Notes: generated by a model from the sequence alone, not told the origin. A stretch of 64,000 nucleotides of DNA from Candidatus Gottesmanbacteria bacterium RIFCSPLOWO2_01_FULL_43_11b (GCA_001780985.1 MFJV01000001.1:158980-222979), one strand, 5' to 3'; positions 1 to 9,986 are shown, counted from the first letter of the stretch. Numbers and translations: made by a program.

Positions 1-1276
<1,276 letters not shown>

Positions 1277-1280
<4 letters not shown>

Positions 1281-1540
1281 TGCATGTTTTTTGATATTTC
1301 AGCCAGTTTACCTGCTGCCGCTTTTTGACTCGCTTTAATTGCGTCATTAAACGCTTGTTTGAGTGCTTCGTTTGCTACACCGTCAACCTCAACTGTCTTG
1401 ACGTTTTGATTTCCTGTTATAACTAATCGGACATTGCCTTGGATTACCTCAAATTCTTCCTGTTCCAGTGCAGCCTGAATTTGTGCCGCTTGCTTACGCA
1501 TCTGATTCACATCCCCTAACATCTTAAATGGATTCATCAT
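1277..1540 (-). CDS. ybaB: nucleoid-associated protein YbaB/EbfC family
   Basis: 87-aa ORF directly downstream of dnaX (the classic dnaX-ybaB arrangement). N-terminal MLGDVNQMRKQAAQIQ pattern. Confidence 0.8.
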
Positions 1541-1542
1541 AA

Positions 1543-2832
1543 TTAATTCCTTCCTAAGACAACCTCTACTTTTGTTTTTTCACCAAACAATTTTTTAAAC
1601 GTCGCTACCAACACTTCCTTTGTCTTTGGTTCAGATAACTTATCGAGGTGAAACTTGTAGAATGCCTCAATCGTTACTATACCATTCTTTACCTCTTTTG
1701 GTCTAGAAGATCGTAAGACGCCTGCAACAGAATGATTGTAGGACTTGAGTGAAGCAATCACATCTGTCCAATGCTCCGTGAGTTTTTCAGTTGTGAGTAA
1801 TCCTGTCTGTGAGGGTGTTGCATATGTTTGCTCTCCACAAAATTCAATGACTGCAAGTTCAAGAGGTAATTGAGGAATAGGTGAAATTCGTAGCTCCGCG
1901 TACGCTTGAGTGAAACGCTTTATTGCCTCACGGATCTCTTCGCTTTCTAAATCGTTCAGTAACTGTGTTTCAAGCTTTTGGAGAATGTCAATGAGAAACT
2001 GTTTCATATCGTGTCCGTTCACCACGAGTTGACCGATGATGGAAAGTCCTCTCTTTACATCTTTTTGCATGAGAGCGTCAATAAATTGATTAAGAATTTT
2101 TTCTTCGCTAAGAACAAGTGTCTTTCGCACGGTGTCTTCTGAAATTTTTCCCCTATGGAAACTTAACTGTTCAAGAAGTTTCGTCGCGTCACGAAATGAT
2201 CCGTCGGCAGCCTGCACAAGGAGTCCAAGTGCCTCTTTATCAATAACAATTTTTTCCTTCTTCACAATACGGACAAGCGCACTGGTCAGTTCATCTTTCC
2301 CTGCGGCAGAAAATGTTAGTCTCATACAGCGGGATTTAATTGTCACGGGAACTTTACCTGCATCAGTTGTTGCTAATACAAATACCGCATGGGGGGGAGG
2401 CTCCTCGAGAGTTTTGAGAAGAGCGTTAAATGCTTCCATCGTAAGCATGTGTACCTCATCAATAATGTAGATTTTGTAATCCCCGGAAACAGGGGTGAGT
2501 CCGATTTGCTCCCGAAGTGTTCGTATATCATCAATACCGCGGTTACTTGCAGCGTCGATTTCGAGCATGTCCATGTTGGTTCCTTTGGCAATACTTACAC
2601 ACTGTTCACATTTGCCGCACGGGCCTTCCCGTTTTGATAATTTTGTGCAATTAAATATTTTTGCAACAATTCTTGCTGCCGTGGTTTTTCCTGTTCCTTT
2701 TGGTCCGCTAAAAAGATACGCATGTGGAAGATCAGATTTGTCTTTGTGAAGAAGGGTTAAAAGCTGTTCCCTCACGGAAACATTATCAATTTCACTAATT
2801 ATTTGTGGTCTATAGATACGATAGAAAGACAT
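1543..2832 (-). CDS. dnaX: DNA polymerase III subunit gamma/tau
   Basis: YRPQ start, Walker A GPKGTGKTT, zinc module CGKCEQC, DEVHML and SRC motifs. Confidence 0.92.
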   Translation of the reverse strand: MSFYRIYRPQIISEIDNVSVREQLLTLLHKDKSDLPHAYLFSGPKGTGKTTAARIVAKIFNCTKLSKREGPCGKCEQCVSIAKGTNMDMLEIDAASNRGIDDIRTLREQIGLTPVSGDYKIYIIDEVHMLTMEAFNALLKTLEEPPPHAVFVLATTDAGKVPVTIKSRCMRLTFSAAGKDELTSALVRIVKKEKIVIDKEALGLLVQAADGSFRDATKLLEQLSFHRGKISEDTVRKTLVLSEEKILNQFIDALMQKDVKRGLSIIGQLVVNGHDMKQFLIDILQKLETQLLNDLESEEIREAIKRFTQAYAELRISPIPQLPLELAVIEFCGEQTYATPSQTGLLTTEKLTEHWTDVIASLKSYNHSVAGVLRSSRPKEVKNGIVTIEAFYKFHLDKLSEPKTKEVLVATFKKLFGEKTKVEVVLGRN

Positions 2833-2835
2833 AAT

Positions 2836-3231
2836 TTACTCCGGATGGTGCAGCCCGAACAAGTGATCAAGACCATGAAGAGTTAATTCAATTATCTTAT
2901 CATCTACCATTTTATTTTCATCAACAGCTTGGGAAACTGCCTGCGGGTAAGAAACAACGATATCGCCAAATCGCATCACTCCGTCAGGATTATCCACAAA
3001 AGGCATGCCTTTAATTGTTGGATCATTGAGACCGAAAGAAAGAACATCTGTTGTGTCATCCAATTGTCGATAGCGACGGTTGAGTTCACGCATCCTGCGA
3101 TCTCCGACAATGGTTACACTTACCTCCGCATCACTTTTAACTTTTTGGCTGAGTGCTTGCGAAAGAGCAGTTTTTATTTTTTTTCGGTCCACGGGAAAGT
3201 GTGATTCCGTTTGAAAAAGAATGGTAATCAT
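2836..3231 (-). CDS. ybeY: rRNA maturation endoribonuclease YbeY
   Basis: 131 aa with C-terminal HGLDHLFGLHH metal-binding motif. Confidence 0.85.
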   Translation of the reverse strand: MITILFQTESHFPVDRKKIKTALSQALSQKVKSDAEVSVTIVGDRRMRELNRRYRQLDDTTDVLSFGLNDPTIKGMPFVDNPDGVMRFGDIVVSYPQAVSQAVDENKMVDDKIIELTLHGLDHLFGLHHPE

Positions 3232-3674
3232 TTCGTCATCATTTGTTTAATGAGTCCTGATACACGCCCACCGTCCGCTTTTCCGGATACTTGTGCCATT
3301 GCTTGTTTCATGAGAATTCCGAAGTTCGTTTCACCAGAAGATACTATTGGTTCAAGGAGTTTTTTAAGTTCTTCATCACTTATCTGTTTCGGTAAGTACC
3401 CTTCGAGTATACCGAGTTCTACTTTTTCTTTATCCGCCAACTCCGTTCGTCCTGCCTTTTCAAACGCTTCAATAGATTCTTTGTGCGTCTTTACCTGTTT
3501 TTTAATGACATCCAGTACATCCGCTTCCGTCAGTTTCTTATCGGACTGATTACCGTACTTGGCAATTGCTGCGTTATTTATCGCAGAGAGAAGAAACCGG
3601 AGCGTATCACGGCCGGTTGTATTTCCGCTTTTAATTGCGGTGGTTAGTTCGGTTTTGAGCTGATCGAAAAGCAT
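3228..3674 (-). CDS. GatB/YqeY domain protein
   Basis: 148 aa with the typical YqeY N-terminus (LKTELTTAIKSGN..RDTLRFLLSAI). Sits next to rpsU, as in many bacteria. Confidence 0.8.
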   Translation of the reverse strand: MLFDQLKTELTTAIKSGNTTGRDTLRFLLSAINNAAIAKYGNQSDKKLTEADVLDVIKKQVKTHKESIEAFEKAGRTELADKEKVELGILEGYLPKQISDEELKKLLEPIVSSGETNFGILMKQAMAQVSGKADGGRVSGLIKQMMTK

Positions 3675-3679
3675 ATAGG

Positions 3680-3889
3680 TTAGTAATTGCGTCTTCCTGG
3701 ATGCTTCAGTCTTCGTTTGAGTTCTCTCTTTTTTTCTTTTCGGATTTCAGCAGGTTTTTGATAAAATTCTCTTTTTTTTAAATCCTGCAATACTCCTTCA
3801 GCTAAAACTTTGCGGGTAAATTTTCTGATAAGCGAATCGGAAGTATCTCCCGGTTGCGCTTTTACAAACACCATATGATTAAAATACAC
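3680..3889 (-). CDS. rpsU: 30S ribosomal protein S21
   Basis: 69-aa basic ORF with LIRKFTRKV..REFYQKPAEIRKEKKRE, a bS21 pattern. Confidence 0.85.
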   Translation of the reverse strand: MYFNHMVFVKAQPGDTSDSLIRKFTRKVLAEGVLQDLKKREFYQKPAEIRKEKKRELKRRLKHPGRRNY

Positions 3890-3895
3890 ACCTCC

Positions 3896-4216
3896 TTACA
3901 ACTTCCTCATCTTGTCAACGTTTCCGAGTATATGTATATGCATGTGATCGATAACTGCTGCGCCTTTACCGTTGTTGACTAAACGATACCCCATAATGTT
4001 CTGCTCTGCAATAACCTTTTTAATTGTTTTGACGAGATGCATCAAAATGTCCTCGTCAGCATCGGTCAATTGATCAATATGTTTTTTGGGTAAAACCAAA
4101 AAATGTACCGGTGCTTGAGGATGAATATCTGGAATTACCAAACAATTTTCATCCTCATAGATAGGTTTTGACGGAAGTTCTTTTGCAATAACTTTACAAA
4201 AAATGCAGTCGTTCAT
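3896..4216 (-). CDS. HIT-family (histidine triad) nucleotide hydrolase
   Basis: CIFCKV N-terminus and HMHIHILG histidine triad. Confidence 0.85.
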   Translation of the reverse strand: MNDCIFCKVIAKELPSKPIYEDENCLVIPDIHPQAPVHFLVLPKKHIDQLTDADEDILMHLVKTIKKVIAEQNIMGYRLVNNGKGAAVIDHMHIHILGNVDKMRKL

Positions 4217-5040
4217 ATTTTTTCTATCGCCTCAATAATTTCCAGTAATGGTCTTTTACTTGGTCGCATGTCAGGATTTTTACTGCTTCCGTTTAATACC
4301 ATATGGCGACTAGCGTGAAGAAACCAAGTCGCCTCGGGTTCATCTTTTTTTAATGTATCATAAAGGTTGGTGAGATCAATCTCCTCTTTGGGCAATGATT
4401 TAATACGTAAATATCCTTTCTTCGGATCTTTACGAACGACAATGACGTACCCCATTTTTTGTGCAAGGTGCACTGCTTCATCATTGATCGTTTCCAATCC
4501 AAGGCCTTTCCCCCATTTTGTCGTAAATTCCTGACCTTTTTCTTTAATATCTTTCTCAGCCCACACTTTGTTTTGAAATAATTTATAGATTCCGTCAAGC
4601 GCTTTCATTCCAAGTTCTACGATTTGAATAGGATTATCCGCATAGAGAAGTCGCCAACCGTCGATCTGTGATACTAACCCCATGTTCCAAAAGTCAGCGG
4701 TCGGATTTGGGAAAAAAACTTCACGAAAATGGTCTATTTCATTAACCACTGCGCAAAGCCTTTCAAGTGCAGGGTCTGCACCGTGTTCCCGTTTGACCTC
4801 TTGATATATAAGAAGTGCTGCACAGGTATCCGCATCAGTCTGGTGATGGTCAAATTTTCCAAATGCCGTGTCAACGTGCAAAATATTTGGGTCACTGTCA
4901 GGATCTTTATTTTCTAATGATTTCCCTGCAGGAACAAATGCAAGACTCGCTTCCTCCCATCCTGGCAAGAAGGTCTTAACAAGCCAAATCGATGTTATAG
5001 CATCCAAATCCGGCCCAATATGCGCTACGATCGTCTTCAT
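4213..5040 (-). CDS. DHH-superfamily phosphoesterase-like protein
   Basis: HIGPDLDAITS (DHH motif I/II-like) and FDHHQ (DHH motif III). Confidence 0.55.
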   Translation of the reverse strand: MKTIVAHIGPDLDAITSIWLVKTFLPGWEEASLAFVPAGKSLENKDPDSDPNILHVDTAFGKFDHHQTDADTCAALLIYQEVKREHGADPALERLCAVVNEIDHFREVFFPNPTADFWNMGLVSQIDGWRLLYADNPIQIVELGMKALDGIYKLFQNKVWAEKDIKEKGQEFTTKWGKGLGLETINDEAVHLAQKMGYVIVVRKDPKKGYLRIKSLPKEEIDLTNLYDTLKKDEPEATWFLHASRHMVLNGSSKNPDMRPSKRPLLEIIEAIEKI

Positions 5041-5082
5041 CGACTAAGTATACTGTTTTGGAGATTTGAGAACAAGTGGTTT

Positions 5083-5562
5083 CTATAACAGATCTATAGC
5101 CTTTTTAAGACCATTCCTTAAATCTACAAGCATAAGGGTCACCTCATAATTATGGACCCAGTTATTAGACAAATTCCGTACCTGGTTTTGGTACACTCTC
5201 TCAGACTCTGGAGATTCATCCACACGGAGTATTCGTTCTAGGGCATTGACAAAATCTTCCTTTTTCATTTTATGTTTTGGATGAAGTTTAATTCCAAAAG
5301 TCTCTATGTCTTCCCGATTTATTTCTTTTTGAGGGCTCACCGGCGGTTTGGTAAAAAATTCAGCCTCACATTCATTGCCACTTAGTAAATTCGACATTGC
5401 CTGTGCAAAGATCTTTACTGACTCAATACGGCGTAATTTTCCATTACCCATTTCGGGAAAGTATTTAAGTACTGTAACAGGATTTGGTTTTCCCGAAATT
5501 GCCTCCCGTGCTATTTGCCATAAACTACTCAAACCACCTTCGTTTCCTGGTAAGCGTGCCAT
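5083..5562 (-). CDS. hypothetical protein
   Basis: 159-aa ORF in an otherwise empty interval. No motif recognised. Confidence 0.45.
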   Translation of the reverse strand: MARLPGNEGGLSSLWQIAREAISGKPNPVTVLKYFPEMGNGKLRRIESVKIFAQAMSNLLSGNECEAEFFTKPPVSPQKEINREDIETFGIKLHPKHKMKKEDFVNALERILRVDESPESERVYQNQVRNLSNNWVHNYEVTLMLVDLRNGLKKAIDLL

Positions 5563-5684
5563 ATGAGGCGGATTCTAGTACTCCACGTTCTCTCTGTCAA
5601 ATTTAGTACGCTTGAGCAAAAAGGAAATCGGTGAAAAACGCTTCTACCGTAACGAGCTTCGATCTATCGATAAATCGAAGTATT

Positions 5685-6065
5685 TTATTTTCGTAATTTG
5701 CTAATTTTATCAAGTGCTCTATTAACCTTATCCCAAAACACTTCCATCTTTTCCTCATGTATCAACTTTTCTAGAATCCGCTTTACGCCCTCCCCTCCTT
5801 TATCCAACCAATTTCCTACTCTGTTAATCGTTGAAGTGCTCACATGAAGTATAAAGTGTATATCTTCATAGCTGTATTCTTTTTGTATCATAAGAGCAAT
5901 CGCTAATCTTTTTGCCAACATGACTCGTTCTGTTTTCGTAAAAAAATCGTAGAAAAAATCCTTCGCTTCTGATTGAGATCGAATTGCACCTAACACCCAC
6001 AAAAAATCATCTCGAATTGAGTAATAGACATCTTTATGAATCGGATTACGAGAAATTTGTGTCAT
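5685..6065 (-). CDS. TrpR-like DNA-binding protein, YerC/YecD family
   Basis: 126 aa. TERVMLAKRLAIALMIQKEYSYEDI..VSTSTINRV is the YerC/YecD helix-turn-helix pattern. Confidence 0.75.
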   Translation of the reverse strand: MTQISRNPIHKDVYYSIRDDFLWVLGAIRSQSEAKDFFYDFFTKTERVMLAKRLAIALMIQKEYSYEDIHFILHVSTSTINRVGNWLDKGGEGVKRILEKLIHEEKMEVFWDKVNRALDKISKLRK

Positions 6066-6124
6066 TGCGTTCTACTTTCATCTATCGATAGATGAAAGTA
6101 TTTTATAAGGAAAGTCAACGACTA

Positions 6125-7594
6125 TCAATACGCTTGGGCGAAAAGCCAGCGGTGGGTAGCGGGTTTGCCGCAGTGAACACACGTTCCCTTTTCTTCTTTC
6201 GGCACCTGCCTGCCGGCAGGCAGGTCTAAGGGTAAACAACGGTTTGAAGCTTTGGTTTCTGCTTTAATTTTTGTTTCGCACGAGGCATCCTCACACCAAA
6301 ATGCGGAAATAAATCCCCGCTCCCCCGCCATAATCTTTTTAAAATGATCATACGATTCTACCGTATGTGTATGATCCAGAGTAAATTTCTTGTGAGTTTC
6401 CAATAAATTTTGTTGTATCGTCTCTAACATGCCAGAAATTTCATCGATACTAACTTTCTTTTTTTGCATTGTATCGCGAGCAACAGCAGTAACTATTCCT
6501 TCTTCCGCTTCCTTATCACCAATCTCAAGTCGGATCGGCACACCCCGGACCTCCCATTTATTAAATTTAAAGCCTGCACTTTCCCCATCTTTATCATCGC
6601 ATTTGACGCGAATCCCTATTTTTTTCAGCGCCTCTCTTTGTGCTATTGCATATTTTATGGTTTTAGGGCTCGATCCAGGAATAGGAATAAGGATCACCTG
6701 AATAGGTGCGATATTTGGAGGCATAATGAGCCCTTGATCGTCTCCGTGCGCCATGATGAGCCCGCCGATACTTCTTGTGGAGAATCCCCAACTGTTTTGC
6801 CACGGATAGAGCGGCTGTCCTTTTTCATCCTGCACAGTCCAATGAAATGCTTTTGCAAAATTTTGACCTAAATCGTGTGACGTACAACCTTGAAGCGCCT
6901 TACCATCCGGCATCAACATTTCAAAGGTATACGTTTTCTTAGCACCGGCAAATTTTTCCGATTCGCTCTTAACACCTGCAACACCGTAGAGAGCGAGAAG
7001 ATTCTGGTACGTCTCTTTGTACATATCGAGTGCCCAACGAACCTCGGAAACCGACTCTTTGTGAGTATTATGAGCGCAGTGTCCTTCCTGCCACAGAAAT
7101 TCACTCGTTCGTAAAAAGAGATACGTTCGCTTCTCCCATCGAACAATGTTATTCCATTGATTGATGCGGATTGGCAAATCTCTGTAGCTTTGAGTCCAAC
7201 GTTTGTACATTTCATACATAATCGTTTCACTGGTCGGCCGCACCACTAAGCGTTCTTTGAGTTCTTCTCCGCCAGCAAAAGTCACCACAGCCATATGAGG
7301 AGCAAATCCCTCTACGTGTTCTTTTTCAAGATTAAGGAATTTTTCCGGTATAAAGAGAGGAAAATACGCATTCTCCACTTTATGAGCTTTAATAAGTGGA
7401 TCCATGTAGTGTTGAATTCCTTCCCATAGCGCGAATCCATACGGACGAATAACCATACACCCCTTTATCGGCGCGTAATCGGCAAGTTGGGCTTTCAAAA
7501 TAACGTCTGTATACCAATCCGATAGATTGTCGCTTTTTTTCTTGAGCTCTTTCTTTTCAAATTGCTTTTGCATATTAGTAAAGTTTTCCTCCAA
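6125..7594 (-). CDS. proS: proline--tRNA ligase (archaeal/eukaryote-like type, C-terminal zinc module ending in Y)
   Basis: 489 aa with class II aaRS motifs. The C-terminus CVHCGKPATHRWLFAQAY is typical of this ProRS type. Contains the DLPAGRQ palindrome insert. Confidence 0.92.
   Translation of the reverse strand: MEENFTNMQKQFEKKELKKKSDNLSDWYTDVILKAQLADYAPIKGCMVIRPYGFALWEGIQHYMDPLIKAHKVENAYFPLFIPEKFLNLEKEHVEGFAPHMAVVTFAGGEELKERLVVRPTSETIMYEMYKRWTQSYRDLPIRINQWNNIVRWEKRTYLFLRTSEFLWQEGHCAHNTHKESVSEVRWALDMYKETYQNLLALYGVAGVKSESEKFAGAKKTYTFEMLMPDGKALQGCTSHDLGQNFAKAFHWTVQDEKGQPLYPWQNSWGFSTRSIGGLIMAHGDDQGLIMPPNIAPIQVILIPIPGSSPKTIKYAIAQREALKKIGIRVKCDDKDGESAGFKFNKWEVRGVPIRLEIGDKEAEEGIVTAVARDTMQKKKVSIDEISGMLETIQQNLLETHKKFTLDHTHTVESYDHFKKIMAGERGFISAFWCEDASCETKIKAETKASNRCLPLDLPAGRQVPKEEKGTCVHCGKPATHRWLFAQAY
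6204..6225. repeat. 22-bp perfect palindrome acctgcctgccggcaggcaggt (copy 1, inside proS)
   Basis: Read directly from the sequence. It is self-complementary, and the same core occurs at 24939 and 37006. Confidence 0.95.
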
Positions 7595-7910
7595 TCATTG
7601 CATCATCTTTATCGGGAACAATCAAGATGCACTCGCCATCTTCGTCCGGTACACCCAGTGTCAGGCACTCCGAAAGAAACGGTCCGATTTGGCGTGGTGG
7701 GAAATTTACGACGCCCAATACTTTTTTCCCAACTAATTCATCTTTTTTATAATGTTTGACTATTTGGACGCTCGATCGTTTCTGCCCAATCTCCGGGCCA
7801 AAATCAATCGTGAGCTTATACGCAGGCTTACGCGCCTCTGGAAAATCTTCGACTGCAATAATTTTTCCTACCCGAATATCTAATTTTGCAAAATCATCAT
7901 ATGTTGCCAT
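7575..7910 (-). CDS. csaA: tRNA-binding domain protein (CsaA/Trbp111-like)
   Basis: 111 aa. FAKLDIRVGKI..AEDFPEARKPAYKL.IDFG is an EMAP/CsaA OB-fold pattern. Overlaps the proS start by 20 nt. Confidence 0.85.
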   Translation of the reverse strand: MATYDDFAKLDIRVGKIIAVEDFPEARKPAYKLTIDFGPEIGQKRSSVQIVKHYKKDELVGKKVLGVVNFPPRQIGPFLSECLTLGVPDEDGECILIVPDKDDAMIGGKLY

Positions 7911-7930
7911 AATTGTCAGCTCCTTTCCAC

Positions 7931-8080
7931 AAAAAAACCGTTCTCCTTCATAAGGGTGAACGGTTCGTCCACGGTACCACCTTATTTGATTCTTAATTCA
8001 AGCTATCACGGGCATTCCCGTTTCTGTTCTTAGCAGAACCGCTTGTCCCGTTCGGAGCGGGACTCAAACGCGTTTCAATA
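7931..8080 (-). promoter_or_regulatory. T-box riboswitch leader with intrinsic terminator, upstream of csaA-proS
   Basis: The minus strand contains aauaAGGUGGUACCGUGG (T-box sequence, 7969..7983). A terminator hairpin (aaccgttc..gaacggtt plus U7) follows at 7931..7965. A short Stem I hairpin gucccg-CUCCGAA-cgggac (8045..8063) has a loop that could present a CCG(A) proline specifier. Confidence 0.7.
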
Positions 8081-8113
8081 CTCCATGTAGTCTACCTTGA
8101 TCTGTTGTCCTTG

Positions 8114-8842
8114 TCAATTATCATTACCCTGTCCCTGGCCTTGTCCCTGGCCTTGCCCTTGTCCCTGGCCTTGTGATCCCATGCCTTGAGGATTATTATC
8201 ATTGCTATCATTTTCTTCTTCCAAATCCTCATCGTCGGTCTCCGTAATTTTTTCGAGTTCTTCAATTGTTTCTTCAATCGTTTCCTGGGTATCGGAAATT
8301 TCTTCCTGAATCGTGTCTTCTGTTTCGGGCTCTTGAATTATCGATTGCGTGGATGTTGGCGTAGGTGTCGACACAACGATTTGTGGGGTAAAAAAGGGTG
8401 TGGGCGTGGGGATGGGTGTTGGCATTTGTTGGGGTCTACTGGTTATTTCAGTTCTTTGTTGCTCGAGTTCTTGGGCAACTGTCTTGAGTGTTACCAGATA
8501 GGTTTGCGCAAGCTGTTTTTTCGCAGTTCTATTTGGCGCTCTGTCAATAACAGCTTTGGTTACCGCAACTTGCTTCTCTAAGTACGGCAATCCTTCAATG
8601 GATTGTTTATCCGATAGCAATCGTTTAACCTCCCCAAATCGCCGCTCTGTATACTTCACGTTAAGCGCACCGCTTGCCGCATAGGAAGGTTTTGCTAAAA
8701 ATAACAGTGTCGATTCAAGGGCAAGTTTCGTTGGATACAAGACATTCCCTGGAAGAGCATTCCAGGAAGCAACGATAAGAACACTTGGGACGGCAAAGAG
8801 GAGTAAAAATCCCCACGTAAAATAATCCAAGATTTTCCGCAT
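8114..8842 (-). CDS. membrane-anchored hypothetical protein with acidic low-complexity tail and terminal (GQ)n repeat
   Basis: N-terminal TM helix, PTP-rich linker, acidic stretch, and GQGQGQGQ encoded by 12-bp tandem repeats at about 8130..8180. Confidence 0.6.
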   Translation of the reverse strand: MRKILDYFTWGFLLLFAVPSVLIVASWNALPGNVLYPTKLALESTLLFLAKPSYAASGALNVKYTERRFGEVKRLLSDKQSIEGLPYLEKQVAVTKAVIDRAPNRTAKKQLAQTYLVTLKTVAQELEQQRTEITSRPQQMPTPIPTPTPFFTPQIVVSTPTPTSTQSIIQEPETEDTIQEEISDTQETIEETIEELEKITETDDEDLEEENDSNDNNPQGMGSQGQGQGQGQGQGQGQGNDN

Positions 8843-8843
8843 A

Positions 8844-9899
8844 TCAGCCTCGCACTAATCTAAGAATATCATTAATGGAAATCAGGAGAATGAGCGCAAA
8901 CAGAATGACCATGCCGATTTGGTGCGTGGATTTTTCAAACGCGGGTTTAATGCGCCTTCCCAGTATTTTTTCCAAAAACACAAAAGCAAGTCTTCCTCCG
9001 TCAAGGGCAGGAATAGGCAAAACATTGAGAACGGCAAGATTAAGAGAAAGAATGCTCATAAACTCAAGGACAGCTAACAAACCAAATTGGACTGCTTGAC
9101 CTGTTACCTGCGCGATACCAATTGGTCCGGCAACATCTGCTTGCAGTGGCTGCAATGTAATCAGTCTCCAAAATAGAATACCCAGGGAACCAAGCATGTC
9201 CCGACCCCGTAGAAGATTAATTTCTAATGATTTAATAGGTGCAATGGAAATTGGATAAGTCTTTTTTTCGAGGTCTGATATAGCAACCCCCATCGGTCCC
9301 TGACCTTGCGGATATTCTTTTCGAGGGGTCACCGATACTTGAAATTCTCTATTTTCGCGGATAACTGTTAGGGTAACTGCCTGCCCTGCAAGTGACTTTG
9401 TTGCATCAATGAGATCGCTTGGTTTTGTAATTTCTTTATCATCGAGTTTTGCTATCACGTCATTTTCCATAAGTCCCGCAGCCGCTGCCGGTGTTTCCTC
9501 CAACACCCGCTCTATGTGCACTCTTCCCGAAGGCTCCATCACTCCCTGCGTTAAAAGATATGACGTAATTCCAACTGCAAGGAAAAAGTTCATTGCAACA
9601 CCTGCAAGAAGTATCGCTGCCCGCTGTTTTTTGGTCTTTTGCCAAAAAAGAACTTTACCTTTTTGCTGGCCTTTCTCTTCGTCATCTTCTCCCGCAAGTT
9701 TGACAAATCCACCGATCGGAAGCCAGTTAACCGAATACATTGTTCCTCTTACTTTCTTTCCAAAAATCCGCGGCGGGAGTCCCAATCCGAATTCTTCAAC
9801 ATCCACTCCAAAAAAACGTGCAACGAGAAAATGCCCCAGTTCGTGGACAAGGACAAGAATGCTTAAGATGACAAAAAATGTTACGGCAGTGAGGATCAT
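8844..9899 (-). CDS. rseP: RIP metalloprotease RseP (site-2 protease, M50)
   Basis: HELGHF zinc motif in the first TM, a central PDZ-like region, and a C-terminal LPIPALDGG motif. Confidence 0.88.
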   Translation of the reverse strand: MILTAVTFFVILSILVLVHELGHFLVARFFGVDVEEFGLGLPPRIFGKKVRGTMYSVNWLPIGGFVKLAGEDDEEKGQQKGKVLFWQKTKKQRAAILLAGVAMNFFLAVGITSYLLTQGVMEPSGRVHIERVLEETPAAAAGLMENDVIAKLDDKEITKPSDLIDATKSLAGQAVTLTVIRENREFQVSVTPRKEYPQGQGPMGVAISDLEKKTYPISIAPIKSLEINLLRGRDMLGSLGILFWRLITLQPLQADVAGPIGIAQVTGQAVQFGLLAVLEFMSILSLNLAVLNVLPIPALDGGRLAFVFLEKILGRRIKPAFEKSTHQIGMVILFALILLISINDILRLVRG

Positions 9900-9908
9900 A
9901 CTTTTGTA

Positions 9909-9981
9909 TTGTCATCCCGGGCTCGACCCGGGATCCCTCTTTTTCAAATACTGGATTCCGGCTCAGGGGCCGGAATGACAA
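9909..9981. repeat. 73-bp MITE-like intergenic element with ttgtcat..atgacaa termini and two internal hairpins
   Basis: ttgtcatcccgg ... ccggaatgacaa terminal inverted repeat. Internal hairpins are cccggg-ctcga-cccggg and attccggc-tcaggg-gccggaat. A related 35-bp element sits at 51505. Confidence 0.6.
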
Positions 9982-9986
9982 GAATA

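Noticed and set aside
2132-2749. Multiple ORFs antisense to or out of frame with dnaX, and similar sets within proS, glmS, topA, mrdA, mreB and the GT39 gene.
   Set aside because: They overlap strongly supported conserved genes, are short, and have compositionally biased translations.
8130-8180. 12-bp tandem repeats (ccttgtccctgg-like) considered as a possible CRISPR or minisatellite.
   Set aside because: There are no spacers and the repeats are contiguous. They simply encode the C-terminal (GQ)n tail of ORF 8114..8842. No CRISPR array or cas gene is present in the window.
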